Source: Octopus sinensis (taxonomy: Eukaryota). From it: a stretch of DNA of 64,000 nt. The translations under genes and the position numbers were made by a program. A model generated the notes under the pieces. The model searched no databases and was not told where the DNA came from. It worked only from the letters and a program-made list of their open reading frames with translations. This document shows, piece after piece, positions 13,021 to 24,457 of this stretch (position 1 is its first letter; every line of letters starts with the position of its first letter). Where the stretch lies: NCBI RefSeq assembly GCF_006345805.1, contig NC_043022.1, positions 7,936,001-8,000,000 on the forward strand. Reading direction: 5' to 3'.

Positions 13021-13496
13021 ACGTAGGTAACGGGCGACGCAGGTAACAATAATAACAAATATTTGAAAACCCCACTAGAATGGGCGAAAGCGCTAATATA
13101 TGATATATGTTATATATCATAAAAACATGTAATATACAGATTAATATCTGTAAATATAAAACCATCCGAATTTCTGAGTACCTCATTTCTTCTAATATAA
13201 AATACCTGTACATCATCTCCAAACCTTCTAATATATATATATATAATTATTATTATTATTATTATATATATATCTAATGTAGGATAAAATTTTTTTTGGA
13301 AAAAATTCTTTTCCCCCCAAAATTTTATCAATGGCCAGCATATTAAAAAATACCTTTAAAGGTTAAATTTAAAGGTCTCGAATGGGCTAGAGTATTTCTA
13401 TTTTGGATGTATTTGGGGTACTTAATTGTGCTCATGACTTAGTGTTTGCTTCTTCCATGGGTATTAGTAAGTATCTCATTTATTTCTTTTGCCACA

Positions 13497-13556
13497 TGTA
13501 TCACTGATGAAGGGAGGGCTGTTATAAGCTAACCCTGAAATCGGTCCGATATGGAA
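13497..13556 (+). ncRNA. Type I hammerhead ribozyme motif, copy A (helix I weakened by a 9-nt deletion)
   Basis: CTGATGA 13504-10, AGGG/CCCT helix II, GAAA 13537-40, ATCG-GTC-CGAT helix III, AUA triplet with cleavage after 13551. Confidence 0.65.
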
Positions 13557-13978
13557 CTTTTTAGAAATTTCTGTCGACCTTTTTTCGAGTAGCGTGCGTA
13601 TTGTGAAAAAATTATATGGTTAATGGACAATATGTCCAATTTTTCGGCATATTTGGCATTAGAAATTTTTTCGTTTGCCCTTATTTATGAATTGTTTATA
13701 AATTTAACCTTTAAAGGTATTTTTTAATATGCTGGCTATTGATAAAATGTTTTTTGGAAAATAATTTTTTTCAAAAAAATTTTATCCTACATTAGATATA
13801 AATTTAAGCGTTCACTTCCGGACTCTTTCACTCTGTGAGAGCATCAGTTCAAATCACACGTGTCTTGAATGGGCTAGAGTATTTCTATTTTGGATGTATT
13901 TGGGGTACTTAATTGTGCTCATGACTTAGTGTTTGCTTCTTCCATGGGTATGAGTAAGTATCTCATTTATTTCTTTTG

Positions 13979-14050
13979 CCACATGTATCACTGACGAAGG
14001 GAGGGCTGTTATAAGCTAACCCTGAAATCGGTCCGATATGGTAATAATGG
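13979..14050 (+). ncRNA. Type I hammerhead ribozyme motif, copy B
   Basis: Helix I TATCA/TGGTA, then a 4x4 loop and CCA/TGG; CTGACGA 13991-97; helix II AGGG/CCCT; GAAA 14024-27; helix III ATCG/CGAT; predicted cleavage after A14038. Confidence 0.75.
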
Positions 14051-14211
14051 AACTTTTTAGAAATTTCTGTCAACCTTTTTCGAGTAGCGTGCATATTGTG
14101 AAAAAATTATATGGTTAATGGACAATATGTCCAATTTTTCGGCATATTTGGCATTAGAAATTTTTTCGTTTGCCCTTATTTATGAATTATATATATATAT
14201 ATATACACACA

Positions 14212-15620
14212 CAGGGTATCCCAAAAGTCACTGATGGGTTTCAATTTTTAATAACTTCCTTAACTTTACGAATAAGGGCATGAAATTTTGATACAATATA
14301 AAAGGACCTAATGGAAATTATGCACAAGTTAAATTTTGCTACACAACTACATTACATATGAAAAATGACATTGCTTAACCATTTCGTTACTAAACCGCCC
14401 AAAGCCGCCCGAAAAAAATTTTGGTTAATGTGACCAAACCGCCCAAACCTGCCCGAATTTACATATTCATATTTAAATGAGAATATCAGAGCAAATCTCT
14501 TTAGTACATTCGTGAAAACACGTGATTATGCTTCGTAAACAGTTCATCTACAGTTTTGTGTAGATCGACGTGTAATTTTAATTCCCTGAATTTTGGGAGA
14601 TTTTTTTCCACATTTTTTTCGGCATCGATTTTTCTTCAACTTTGAAAATGGATAGGAGTTTCATGTTATCAAGCATTGATTCTGAATTGGAAAATTTGTG
14701 AAACAAATACTGGGTACTGTTGTGGATTTAGTTTTTATACAGGGAAACTAATGTTAGTCAGCATGGCTTAGGGTATGATGTGGTCTGGAAGTTATTGTTT
14801 GAAGCGATCAATGCGGAAACAAACTGTTTCGCAGATTGTAAACAAACACAAAATGGGGGTTCAAATTTCTGAAAATTTGTGAAGCAAATACTGGGTACTG
14901 CGTGGATTTAGTTTTTATACAGGGAATATAATGTTAGTCAGCATGACCTAGGGAACGATGTGGTCTGGAATTTATCACTTCCATACCATAACCAGGGCCG
15001 TATATTATTTTTTGACCGATTTCTTTAGTTTGGTCAAACTTACGGCTTTATGGTACACTTGTTGTGCATTAAATTCAACTGATGATATAGTGATGTGCAC
15101 ATTTCTTCTTTATCAAAATTTTGTTGCATACCCATTTGAATATTAGCTGATGATTAATTTTCTATGGTGATGTTTAAACAAAATTTTAATATTTTTACCT
15201 TTTGCTCAATTTAAAATTTTAATATTTTTACCTTTTGCTCAATTTACCTGGATTTACCTGTAATTAAAGTCACTTTGAGACAAAAGTTATGCAATAGAAT
15301 TGATTAAGAACCCTTTCTTTAATTATGTTCCAAATATCACATTAATATGTTGATAAGTAAAAAAGTTACAGTTATTTAATGAAACAAGCCTAGATTCATG
15401 ATTATTTTAGAATTTAATTGAAACTCATGAGGGGTGTATTTTGGACAGAAATATAGTAACGAAAGGGTTAAATGGCAGCCATTTTCGTCTTCGCACACCT
15501 GTGCTCTTTCTAAAACCTGCACTATAACACCTTCAAGAGTTTCAGACTCCACTTCTCTGATTTATCTATTGATGTTCTCTGTCAGTTGCACTAGGGTCTC
15601 TGGTTTGTTGACATAAACTC
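14212..15620 (-). mobile_element. Tc1-like transposon 3' fragment interrupted by a TTAA element
   Basis: TIR-like CAGGGTATCCCAAAAG at 14212; 15475-15620 on the minus strand reads VYVNKPETLVQL..I..V..ETLEGV..QVLERAQVCEDENGCH (Tc1 C-terminus). Confidence 0.65.
14379..15467. mobile_element. Non-autonomous piggyBac-type element (1089 bp)
   Basis: TTAA on both sides; TIRs CCATTTCGTTACTA / TAGTAACGAAAGGG; ~100-bp internal direct repeat near 14690 and 14870. Confidence 0.8.
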
Positions 15621-16359
15621 TCTCTTTCTGGTGGGGTGGTGGGGTGAGAGCCATTGGCAAGCACCCTCCCACCAAATTTCAGGCCGTGTGCTTATCTATT
15701 GTATTAAACCAGCCATACCAGGCCCAAATATTCTACCTGTTTTATGATCAAACTGACCAGATCAGGCCTCTCATACCTACTCTGCAATGTCAGTCTAAAA
15801 ATAAGCAATCACATCATTGAAATCTTGAAGCTAAAAGACAAAGACATAATTAATCCCAAACAATGTGAATAAATAAGCGTTATGGTTGATAGTGTAGTCT
15901 GAATGCTAAAGGGTTAAAGGGGTAAAAAAAAGCGACGCCTGAATAAATATGGAATGGTTTACAGCAGAGATGTCCTTTATGGTGTGTTTGTTCTAGCAGG
16001 GCTGACATTGGGGAAAAGCAGTGAGGTGCATGAGTGGGTGGGGGCAAAACAACAACAACAACAAAAACCATTTCTATGGTTCCTTGTCCTCATCACCAAT
16101 GATCAGCATAATCATCGTCAGCATCATTATCACCATCATCATATGACATCAACACCCGCCATAACCCCCACTTCTCTCCTTCCTCTTTTCTTTCCCCTCC
16201 CCTCCTCCCTCGCCCTCGTCTCAGTTTTCAAGCAATTTACCTTTTGTCGTTCTTTTAATATCTATTTTTTTCGTTTACTTATTTTTTTTATTCCTCTTAG
16301 GTCATTCCAAATCCTTATTATACTTCACTTAACGATATTTAGCCCACAGAACTGAAATA

Positions 16360-16397
<38 letters not shown>

Positions 16398-16609
16398 TAC
16401 TACTACCACTACTACTACTTCAGCTGCTGCTGCTACTGCTACTGCTGATGCTAGGAAATGTACTTGAAAATGTACTTTTTATTCTATATCATATAAGCTT
16501 TGTATTTTTTATATAATTTTTTTGCTTTACTTCATTCTTGCTATTTTATTCTTTTCTTTTTGTCTCATTATTTGTCCTATTATCCTTTGTCTTTATATAC
16601 AACTACATT

Positions 16610-16641
<32 letters not shown>

Positions 16642-16868
16642 TACATACATACATACATACATACATGTGTGTTTGCATGTGTGTGTGTAAAAAATATATA
16701 TGTATATAATATATATATATATATATATGTATATATGTGTATATATAAGTATATATATGTATATGTACGTATGTATATATATATGTGGTGTGTGTGTGTG
16801 TATACATATGTTTTATATATATAAATATAAATACATACAAATGTGTGTATATATATATATATATATAC

Positions 16869-16918
<50 letters not shown>

Positions 16919-16933
16919 TATATATATATATAC

Positions 16934-16971
<38 letters not shown>

Positions 16972-16975
16972 CATA

Positions 16976-17041
<66 letters not shown>

Positions 17042-17048
17042 TATATAC

Positions 17049-17081
<33 letters not shown>

Positions 17082-17106
17082 ATATATATATATACATATA
17101 TATATA

Positions 17107-17158
<52 letters not shown>

Positions 17159-17346
17159 CCTACATAAATATTTGTATGTGTGTATTTATATACACATACA
17201 TACAACACATATATGTATAAATATACATATATTTATATATATATACCTACATAAATATTTGTATGTGTGTATTATATACACATACATACATACACATATA
17301 TGTATAAATATACATATTTTATATTATTTATATATATGTATATATA

Positions 17347-17391
<45 letters not shown>

Positions 17392-17491
17392 ACATAAATA
17401 TTTGTATGTGTGTATTTATATACACATACATACATACACATATATGTATAAATATACATATATTTATATTATTTATATATATGTATATATA

Positions 17492-17540
<49 letters not shown>

Positions 17541-17640
17541 ACATAAATATTTGTATGTGTGTATTTATATACACATACATACATACACATATATGTATAA
17601 ATATACATATATTTATATTATTTATATATATGTATATATA

Positions 17641-17680
<40 letters not shown>

Positions 17681-17706
17681 AATATATATACACGCACACA
17701 CGCACG

Positions 17707-17738
<32 letters not shown>

Positions 17739-18147
17739 CTGTCTTATTCTAATATTTTTTTGTTTTACTTAAGAGAGTTTTCTATTTTTTTTACTTATTC
17801 TTTATTCTTATATATTGTTGTACTTCATTCTTTGTCTTTTATTAATATTTTATTTTGTACTTTATTTATTTTCTATTCTTATTGTTGTTTGTTATATGTA
17901 ATATCTTTGTCTTACATTATTATGTATTAGTTTATGCATTCTTCTATTCTTCTGTTCTTAGGTTGTTGTTCTATATTCATTTATTTTATATTATTCCTCT
18001 GTGTGTGTGTGTGTGTGTGTTGTATTCTTGTTAGTCTTTTACATTTTTTTTAATATTTAGTCTCACTTCTTTATCTTATTCTCATATTCTTCTACTTTAT
18101 TCGTTTGCCTTATTCTTAAATTATACTTGTGTGTGAGAGTATGTCTC

Positions 18148-18178
<31 letters not shown>

Positions 18179-18355
18179 ACGTATATGTATATGTGTGTGT
18201 GTGTATATATATATAAAATATATGTACATATACACTTATATATATCTACATCATCACCACATGTATATATATTTATATATATGTATAAATATAAATATAT
18301 ATATGTATATGTGTATGTATGTATATATATATATATACACACATACACACACACC

Positions 18356-18437
<82 letters not shown>

Positions 18438-18660
18438 ATAAATATATATATATATGTATATGTATATATAATATATATATATATATATATTATATTATGT
18501 ATATATATGTATATATATATGTATATATATGTATATGTATATATATATACTTAGGTATATATATATATGTATATACATATATATATAAATATACAGTTAT
18601 GCCTAAATATATATATATATATATATCAGTGTACTACACACATATGTATACATATATATA
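16610..18660. repeat. Long (TA)n/(CA)n/(TG)n microsatellite mosaic with higher-order duplications
   Basis: Direct reading; explains all the YIYI-type ORFs. Confidence 0.95.
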
Positions 18661-19203
18661 AAGAGATATATTGTCTCATTCTTGTAGTCTATATTTTCTC
18701 TTTCCCTCCTATTCTTATATCATTCTTGTATATTTCTACATACAAAAATTAGTTTAGTTTTTGTTAGAAATGTAATGAAGTCATTTTGAAGAATGTAATT
18801 ACACCGCAAGATATACACAGATATATCTAACCTAATAACTGCCATATAATACCACACAATTGTACAAGATGGCACAGTTTTATCATTCCTTCATTTCTTT
18901 CTTTCTTGCTTTTCTTTTTTCCTTTTTCCTTCACCGTTCCTCTCTTTCTGCCATGGAAGATGTCTTCTCCTTCTATCTTCTATCATTTTTTACCAAGTTA
19001 CTCTCCTTTTTTCTATTAATTCTACATCTCCTCCACGTTCTACTCCACCTCCCTTGAACATCCTCTCCTCCTCTTCCTCCCCTTTTCCCCTCTCCTTTTT
19101 ATCTCCTCCTTGCTTACCTTCCGCCTTAACCCCTAGCTCTTGTTTTTCTTTTTAGTTTGTATTATTTTTCCTCGTTGCCGACGTTATCATTTTCCTTTGT
19201 TAT

Positions 19204-19640
19204 AGTCATTGGACTGTGGCCATGCTGGAACACCACCTTGAAGAGTTTTAGCCACCAGGGTGGTGTTCCAGCATGGCCATTGTACTTATTTTGTCTTTCA
19301 GTCCAGTACTTACTCTATTGGTTTCTACTGCTGAACTGTTAAGTTACAAGGATGCAAACAAACCATCACTGGTGGTAGTGATGGGTTAAACACAGACACA
19401 GAGACACACAAACATGCATGCAAACACATGCGCGCACACACACGCACACACAAACAGACACACACATACACACACACACACACACACATGCATTATATAG
19501 AGTTTCTAACTGCCAAATTCTTTTTGAAGGCACTGGTCAGCCTGAGACTATAATACGATACATTTAGCTAAGGTGCCACACAGTGGAACTGAACCCAGAA
19601 CCATGGGCTTCTTAACCACAAAGCCATGTTTGCACCTGTA
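19204..19640 (-). mobile_element. SINE family A copy (degenerate)
   Basis: tRNA-like head, CORE-like GGCACCTTAGCTAA.., internal microsatellite and the shared 3' tail. Confidence 0.75.
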
Positions 19641-19642
19641 TA

Positions 19643-19805
19643 CCGTATTTTAATGTGTATAAAGAACCCCCTAATTTTTGGGGCGTAAAATTTGGAAAAA
19701 AGGTTTTTGTAAGAGATTTTAATACTATCCATGTATAAGAAACTCCCATATTTTTTAAACCTAATTTTTGACAAAAAAAGGTTCCTTATACGCGTTAAAA
19801 TATGG
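19643..19805. mobile_element. pogo/Tigger-type MITE (~163 bp)
   Basis: Imperfect TIRs CCGTATTTTAATGTGTATAA.. / ..TTATACGCGTTAAAATATGG, with TA on the left. Confidence 0.65.
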
Positions 19806-19811
19806 TGTGTG

Positions 19812-19844
<33 letters not shown>

Positions 19845-20182
19845 GTATATATAGCAAGTCTACCAATGGTTTCATGTAAAGAGAAATCTCTCAACAATTA
19901 TCAAGCCTGCAAAATGGAAATGCTGGTGTTGATCTCCGAGATGAGTGCCAACATAGCCATGTGGCAAGCTTGATAATTCCTCTTATATGAAAGTATTGGT
20001 AGCCTTGTTAGCACACAAATAGGCTCAAAATGTAAAAGACTCTTTCACTTTCTCAAGCATTAAACTAATACACCTGTTTGTTGTTTATACACCTGTCTTT
20101 GTCTTTTATTTTTTTGTAAATTCCAACTATATGTATATATCTATGTATATGCATATATATACTTATGTACAGGCATACATAT

Positions 20183-20360
20183 ATATATATATGCGTAAAG
20201 TCAGAGCCGCCTGCACCAGTAGCACGGCCCCTACCCACTTCTGCCCCACCTATGGGAGGGGCTTCCTTGCCCGGATTGGCCTCACCAGCCACCTCCGGTC
20301 TCATGGCGCCAGTTCCATCAGATGATGTCAGTTGGTCATCTTCGAACCGAAGGATGAACA
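20183..20360 (+). mobile_element. RTE (BovB-like) LINE 3' end
   Basis: THFCPTYGRGFLARIGLTSHLRSHG matches the C-terminal CPxCGRxFxARIGLxSHLRxH finger of RTE elements; a short 3' UTR follows. Confidence 0.8.
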
Positions 20361-20365
20361 TTATT

Positions 20366-20410
<45 letters not shown>

Positions 20411-20589
20411 TACATATATAATGATCATATATAATAATGTGAATAGTGTGTCTATTCATTCCTGTTACATCCTGGCAGATTGATAATTGAAAATCTAATT
20501 GCTGTTGCTTTTTTTTGTCGTTAGAAAAGAACCTTCTCCCTTTATGCAATGTATATTCATAAACTCATGATTCCATAGTGTAAGGGAAT

Positions 20590-20638
20590 TTTGAGATACT
20601 GTGTTGTTTTGACCTAATTCTATGTCTCATCAGTCAAA
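20590..20638 (-). ncRNA. Degenerate minimal hammerhead motif
   Basis: Minus: TTTGA CTGATGA GAC-ATAGAATTAG-GTC AAAA C..GT A TCTCAAAA; the G12 to A change is consistent with CpG decay. Confidence 0.45.
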
Positions 20639-20834
20639 GCCATCCTGTTAGATCAATAAATCTAAAGGCATGAGCTCTTCATTATAGAAGTTAGCAAACA
20701 CATAGTTCTGGGTTCAGTCCCACTGCATGGCACATTGAGCAAGTGTCTGCTGCTATATATTCATACATGTAGCGGTATGGTAAGAAGTCTGCTTCCCAAC
20801 AACATGGTTGAGAAGCTAGTGGTTTTTATGTATG

Positions 20835-20867
<33 letters not shown>

Positions 20868-21535
20868 ATTTGTGTCTTTGCTCCCACCACCACCACCACT
20901 TGAGAACTGCTGTTGGTGGGTTTACATCTCCATGATTTAGCAGTTCAGTCAAAGAGGCCAACAGAAGGATTATCAGGCTTTTAAAAAATAAGTAATGAGG
21001 TTGATTCATTTAATTAAAATTTTTCAAGGTGATGTCCCAGCATTGCTGTGGTCTAATGAATAAAACAAGGAAAAGACTTATATTTATACACACACACATA
21101 TACATACGTGCACACACATATATACATGCACACACATACACACAATTATGATTTGATGCTCTTTTAATTGCATACACTGAGTTTCTATTCAGCCCAGCAA
21201 GCTTTTGGAAATATCAGTAAATGTATTTTTTGCTCTTTCCTGTGCATCAGAAGGGACAGATTTTTGTCTACAAATGTGACAGGCATTCTTGTGAGTCACT
21301 GCTGTGATGATGTTCATTGTGCTTCAATATATATTGAGCAGTATATGTCTGAAGAGATTTTCTCACATGCAAAAACCACTGCATCATGCCTTTCAATGGT
21401 GTATATATGTTTTATATATATGCTTTAACTTTATGTAAAACTGTCATTTTTGTCATTACTTTATTTTTATATTTATTTTTATACTTTCTAAACTTAACCA
21501 CTACACATATTTTTCTCTCTCCTTGTTTTTTCTGT

Positions 21536-21577
21536 GTCCCTTTCTGTAGAAGAGCGTAGGCTCAAAATGTAAAAGAC
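21536..21577 (+). ncRNA. Degenerate hammerhead-like motif with CUGUAGA core
   Basis: GTCCCTTT CTGTAGA A GAGC-GTAG-GCTC AAAA TGT A AAAGAC. Confidence 0.4.
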
Positions 21578-21669
21578 TTTTTCTATTCCTGAGCGTTATA
21601 CTAATACGTCTGTTTGTTTTGTACACCACCTGTCTTTGTCTTTTGTTTTTTTCGTAAACTCTCCTTATA

Positions 21670-21715
<46 letters not shown>

Positions 21716-22560
21716 TAGATATCACTTCATAACAGTTTGACTCATCTCCTTGCAGCTTGAAGATTTGTAGGTTCATAGAATGAACCTATCTCATCAGGCA
21801 TCTAGAAATATGTTTGTTCGATGAAGCTATGAAACTTTGTGAAATTTTATTTGGAAAATCATTTACATTGATATGTGTACATAGAAAAATATTACCATTG
21901 AAAAAACATAAATGTATAGAGGAAATGAAATCAGGAGTTTGAAGGGGAGAAGCCCCTCTGAGAAGCAGATTAAGATAAAATTTTATGTATATATATCTAT
22001 AACGGTATATGAAGAATTCTTATGTAAAGGAGTAAAGAAGAAAATGTAAAAATGCATCTGAGAACGAAGATAGATAGAATGTGACAGAATCCAAGACAAT
22101 GAAAGGAAGAGAAAAAGAGAAACAGAAAGCATTTATGTAGGTCAATAATTAAAATAAAGGTTTTTCTACATAAGGTTCCAAGTCAGATTGACAGTTTGCA
22201 GTTAACAGGCCAAAGGGGAAACAGACTGGAGACAGAGACATGTTACAGATAACAGTGTGTATGTGTCTGTGTGTGTGTATAGATATATAGAAAGATACAA
22301 AATGAGCTAAGTAAAATAGCTCAGAGTGGCCAGTGATATGTATTTGAACAACACAGACAAATACAGGTATATCAAAAAACCTCACAGTATAAATTCTTGG
22401 TTTATTAAAATTATCTCTGTCTCTAGCAGTGTTTTAATTAGCAAAATACAATGAAAACTAGCTTCACTTCTCCATTTATTTAATAGTTTCAAATTTTGAG
22501 GTTGTTGTTATTACTATTCTTCTTCTTCTTCTTCTTCTTCTTATTATTATTATTACTTTT

Positions 22561-23544
22561 TTTTTTCTTCTTTCAAATTTGCTTCCATTTCTTGCCGAGT
22601 GTCTTCCCGACTCCTAGAGCAAAGAAACTCATAGTATACATTGGTAGGCCATTAAACCAAACTCAATAGTTCGTTCATTTTTTTGTTTTTAATTTTTTTT
22701 TTTTAAGTTAAATTAAAATACATGAGCAGCAACAGTTCTCACATCGACAATGCTCTTCTCAATACGTGTGATGTACCAGTTAAGACAATCTTTTGCACTT
22801 CTTGCAGGGATGGTAAGCCAGGGATCATTCTCATATAATTTTCTGTTCCCTTCTTGATCATTCCTAGTGCTCCTACGATCACTGGTATTGTAACCGCCTT
22901 GAGATGCCACATTTTCTCAATTTCAATGAGTAGGTCTTTATATTTTCTGAGCTTGTCAAACTCTTTCGCTGAGATATTATGATCACAGGGGATGCTCATG
23001 TCGATCAATAAGCAAACTTTATTGTTTTGGTCTTTCACAACAATATCTGGTTTATTGGCCTTGATGGTTCGGTCTGTATGTATTGGAAAGTCCCACAGAA
23101 TGGTTACATTTTCTCCTTCAGTTACAGCCTCAGGGTGGTGATTATACCACTTGTCGGCAGTTTTGATATTGTAATGCCAACTTATTAGCCAGTGTAGATA
23201 TTGGCCAACTCTGTCATGTCTTAATTTATACTCCACTGGAGCTAAGACTTTACATCCAGAGATTAGGTGGTCCACTGTTTCAATCATGTCGTTGCAGAAT
23301 CGGCATTTTGAGTCTGCTCCATTTTTCATCACATTGGCCTGGTAGTTCCGGGTTAATAGGCTTTGATCTTGAGCAGCCAGGATGAAACCTTCGCTCTCTG
23401 CTTTTATCCCTGAGCTCCGTAGCCACTGATGGGTTTGCTTCTGGTCAACATCAGCTTGTTTGCTGCGGGTCACATATTTGCCGTGCAGAGGTTTCTCCTC
23501 CCACCTATCAGCCAATTGCTCGTGCGCTTTTTTCGTTGCCATTT
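22561..23544 (-). mobile_element. R4/Dong-like site-specific non-LTR retrotransposon, 5'-truncated, uninterrupted 267-aa C-terminal ORF (CCHC finger plus restriction-like endonuclease)
   Basis: ORF 22739..23542: CRFCNDMIETVDHLISGC, RHDRV, WDFPIHTD..KPDIVV..LIDMSIP..KLRKYKDL, PVIVGALG; both ends sit in (TAA)n. Confidence 0.93.
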
Positions 23545-23773
23545 ATTATTATTATTATTATTATTATTTTGTTATACTCTTTTTGTGCTAGCTTACTGTA
23601 TTCACTCAAGAGATGGCCAATAATTTTGTCATCTTTCACATACATTTTTTCATTTACTATCTGACTTTGATTTATTGAACTTTGCCTTTTTTTTAAATTC
23701 ATCATCATGCTTTGTTCCAGCGTGGGTATATTTAGCAATTAGATTTCATTATTATTATTATTAATTATTAATT

Positions 23774-24347
23774 GTCAGGTTGCTCTTGAGTGCTACTGGT
23801 AACATGTAACCCAGTACAACCTGTTGCATGGTTGGGTTATCAGCTTAGTAACTGCTAACCCCATCAAGCTTACTTGGTGAGGTGGGTGATTGTTGGACAC
23901 CCTGCGAGATGAAAAATAAGACCTGTCAAAGGGCAAAAGAACTACTGTGTAGTCAACAGCCAATTCAATAAGTACCTCATTGCTGTGAAGTGCCTGTGTG
24001 CTCCATTGACCCAGAGAGCTATGCTTGAGGGAGAGAAATCTTCAGGTAGGTCTCACCAGGCCAGACAGGTCAATGGGTAGGAGGCAGACAAAACCTTAAT
24101 GACAATAAATTGAAGCGTTGGCAGCAGGGCATGGATTTAGTTATTGGCAGGACTTAACAAATCAGATTCCTGGCTTGCTTTGAACTAGCAGGATGTCATG
24201 CAGAGGATCTTGAATACAAGACAATGAATGAGACACTAACATTCCTAGATAGATAGAAACTGCAGGACTACATGTGACTCCTACAGTATGCGCAACCGAA
24301 ACCCCTATGAAGGGGCATCCTATGGGATGACCTAGATGAGGTGAGAT
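23774..24347 (+). mobile_element. Short retroelement: RTE-type 5' UTR fused to a LINE 3' end with (TTA)n tail
   Basis: Contains ..CCCTGCGAGATGAAAAATAAGACCTGTCAAAGGGC.. and GAGCTATGC..GGTAGGTCTCACCAGGCCAGACAGGTC, which I recall from RTE 5' UTRs; only ~570 bp; twin hairpins before the tail. Confidence 0.55.
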
Positions 24348-24411
24348 ATTATTATTGTTATTATTATTATTATTGTTATTATTATTATTATTGTTATTAT
24401 TATTATTATTA

Positions 24412-24443
<32 letters not shown>

Positions 24444-24457
24444 GTTATTATTATTAA

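Larger units (their letters stand above)
13269..14188 (+). mobile_element. Hammerhead-containing tandem element (487-bp period, about 1.7 copies) with 5' inverted segment; Penelope pLTR- or retrozyme-like
   Basis: Direct repeats 13375-13693 and 13862-14188 (5 substitutions, 2 indels); 13269-13371 is an inverted copy of 13699-13800; flanked by TA-rich microsatellite. Confidence 0.85.

Noticed and set aside
21252-21291. Possible plus-strand 40-nt exon with good splice sites
   Set aside because: Opposite strand to the best exon, no recognisable peptide and no supporting neighbours.
21768-21797. Minus-strand CTGATGA followed by a perfect 9-bp hairpin
   Set aside because: No GAAA and no acceptable NUH site or helix I; at most a very decayed hammerhead.
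23774-23900. HDV-like ribozyme fold at the 5' end of the RTE-type UTR
   Set aside because: Could not place P3/L3/P1.1 in the required order by eye.
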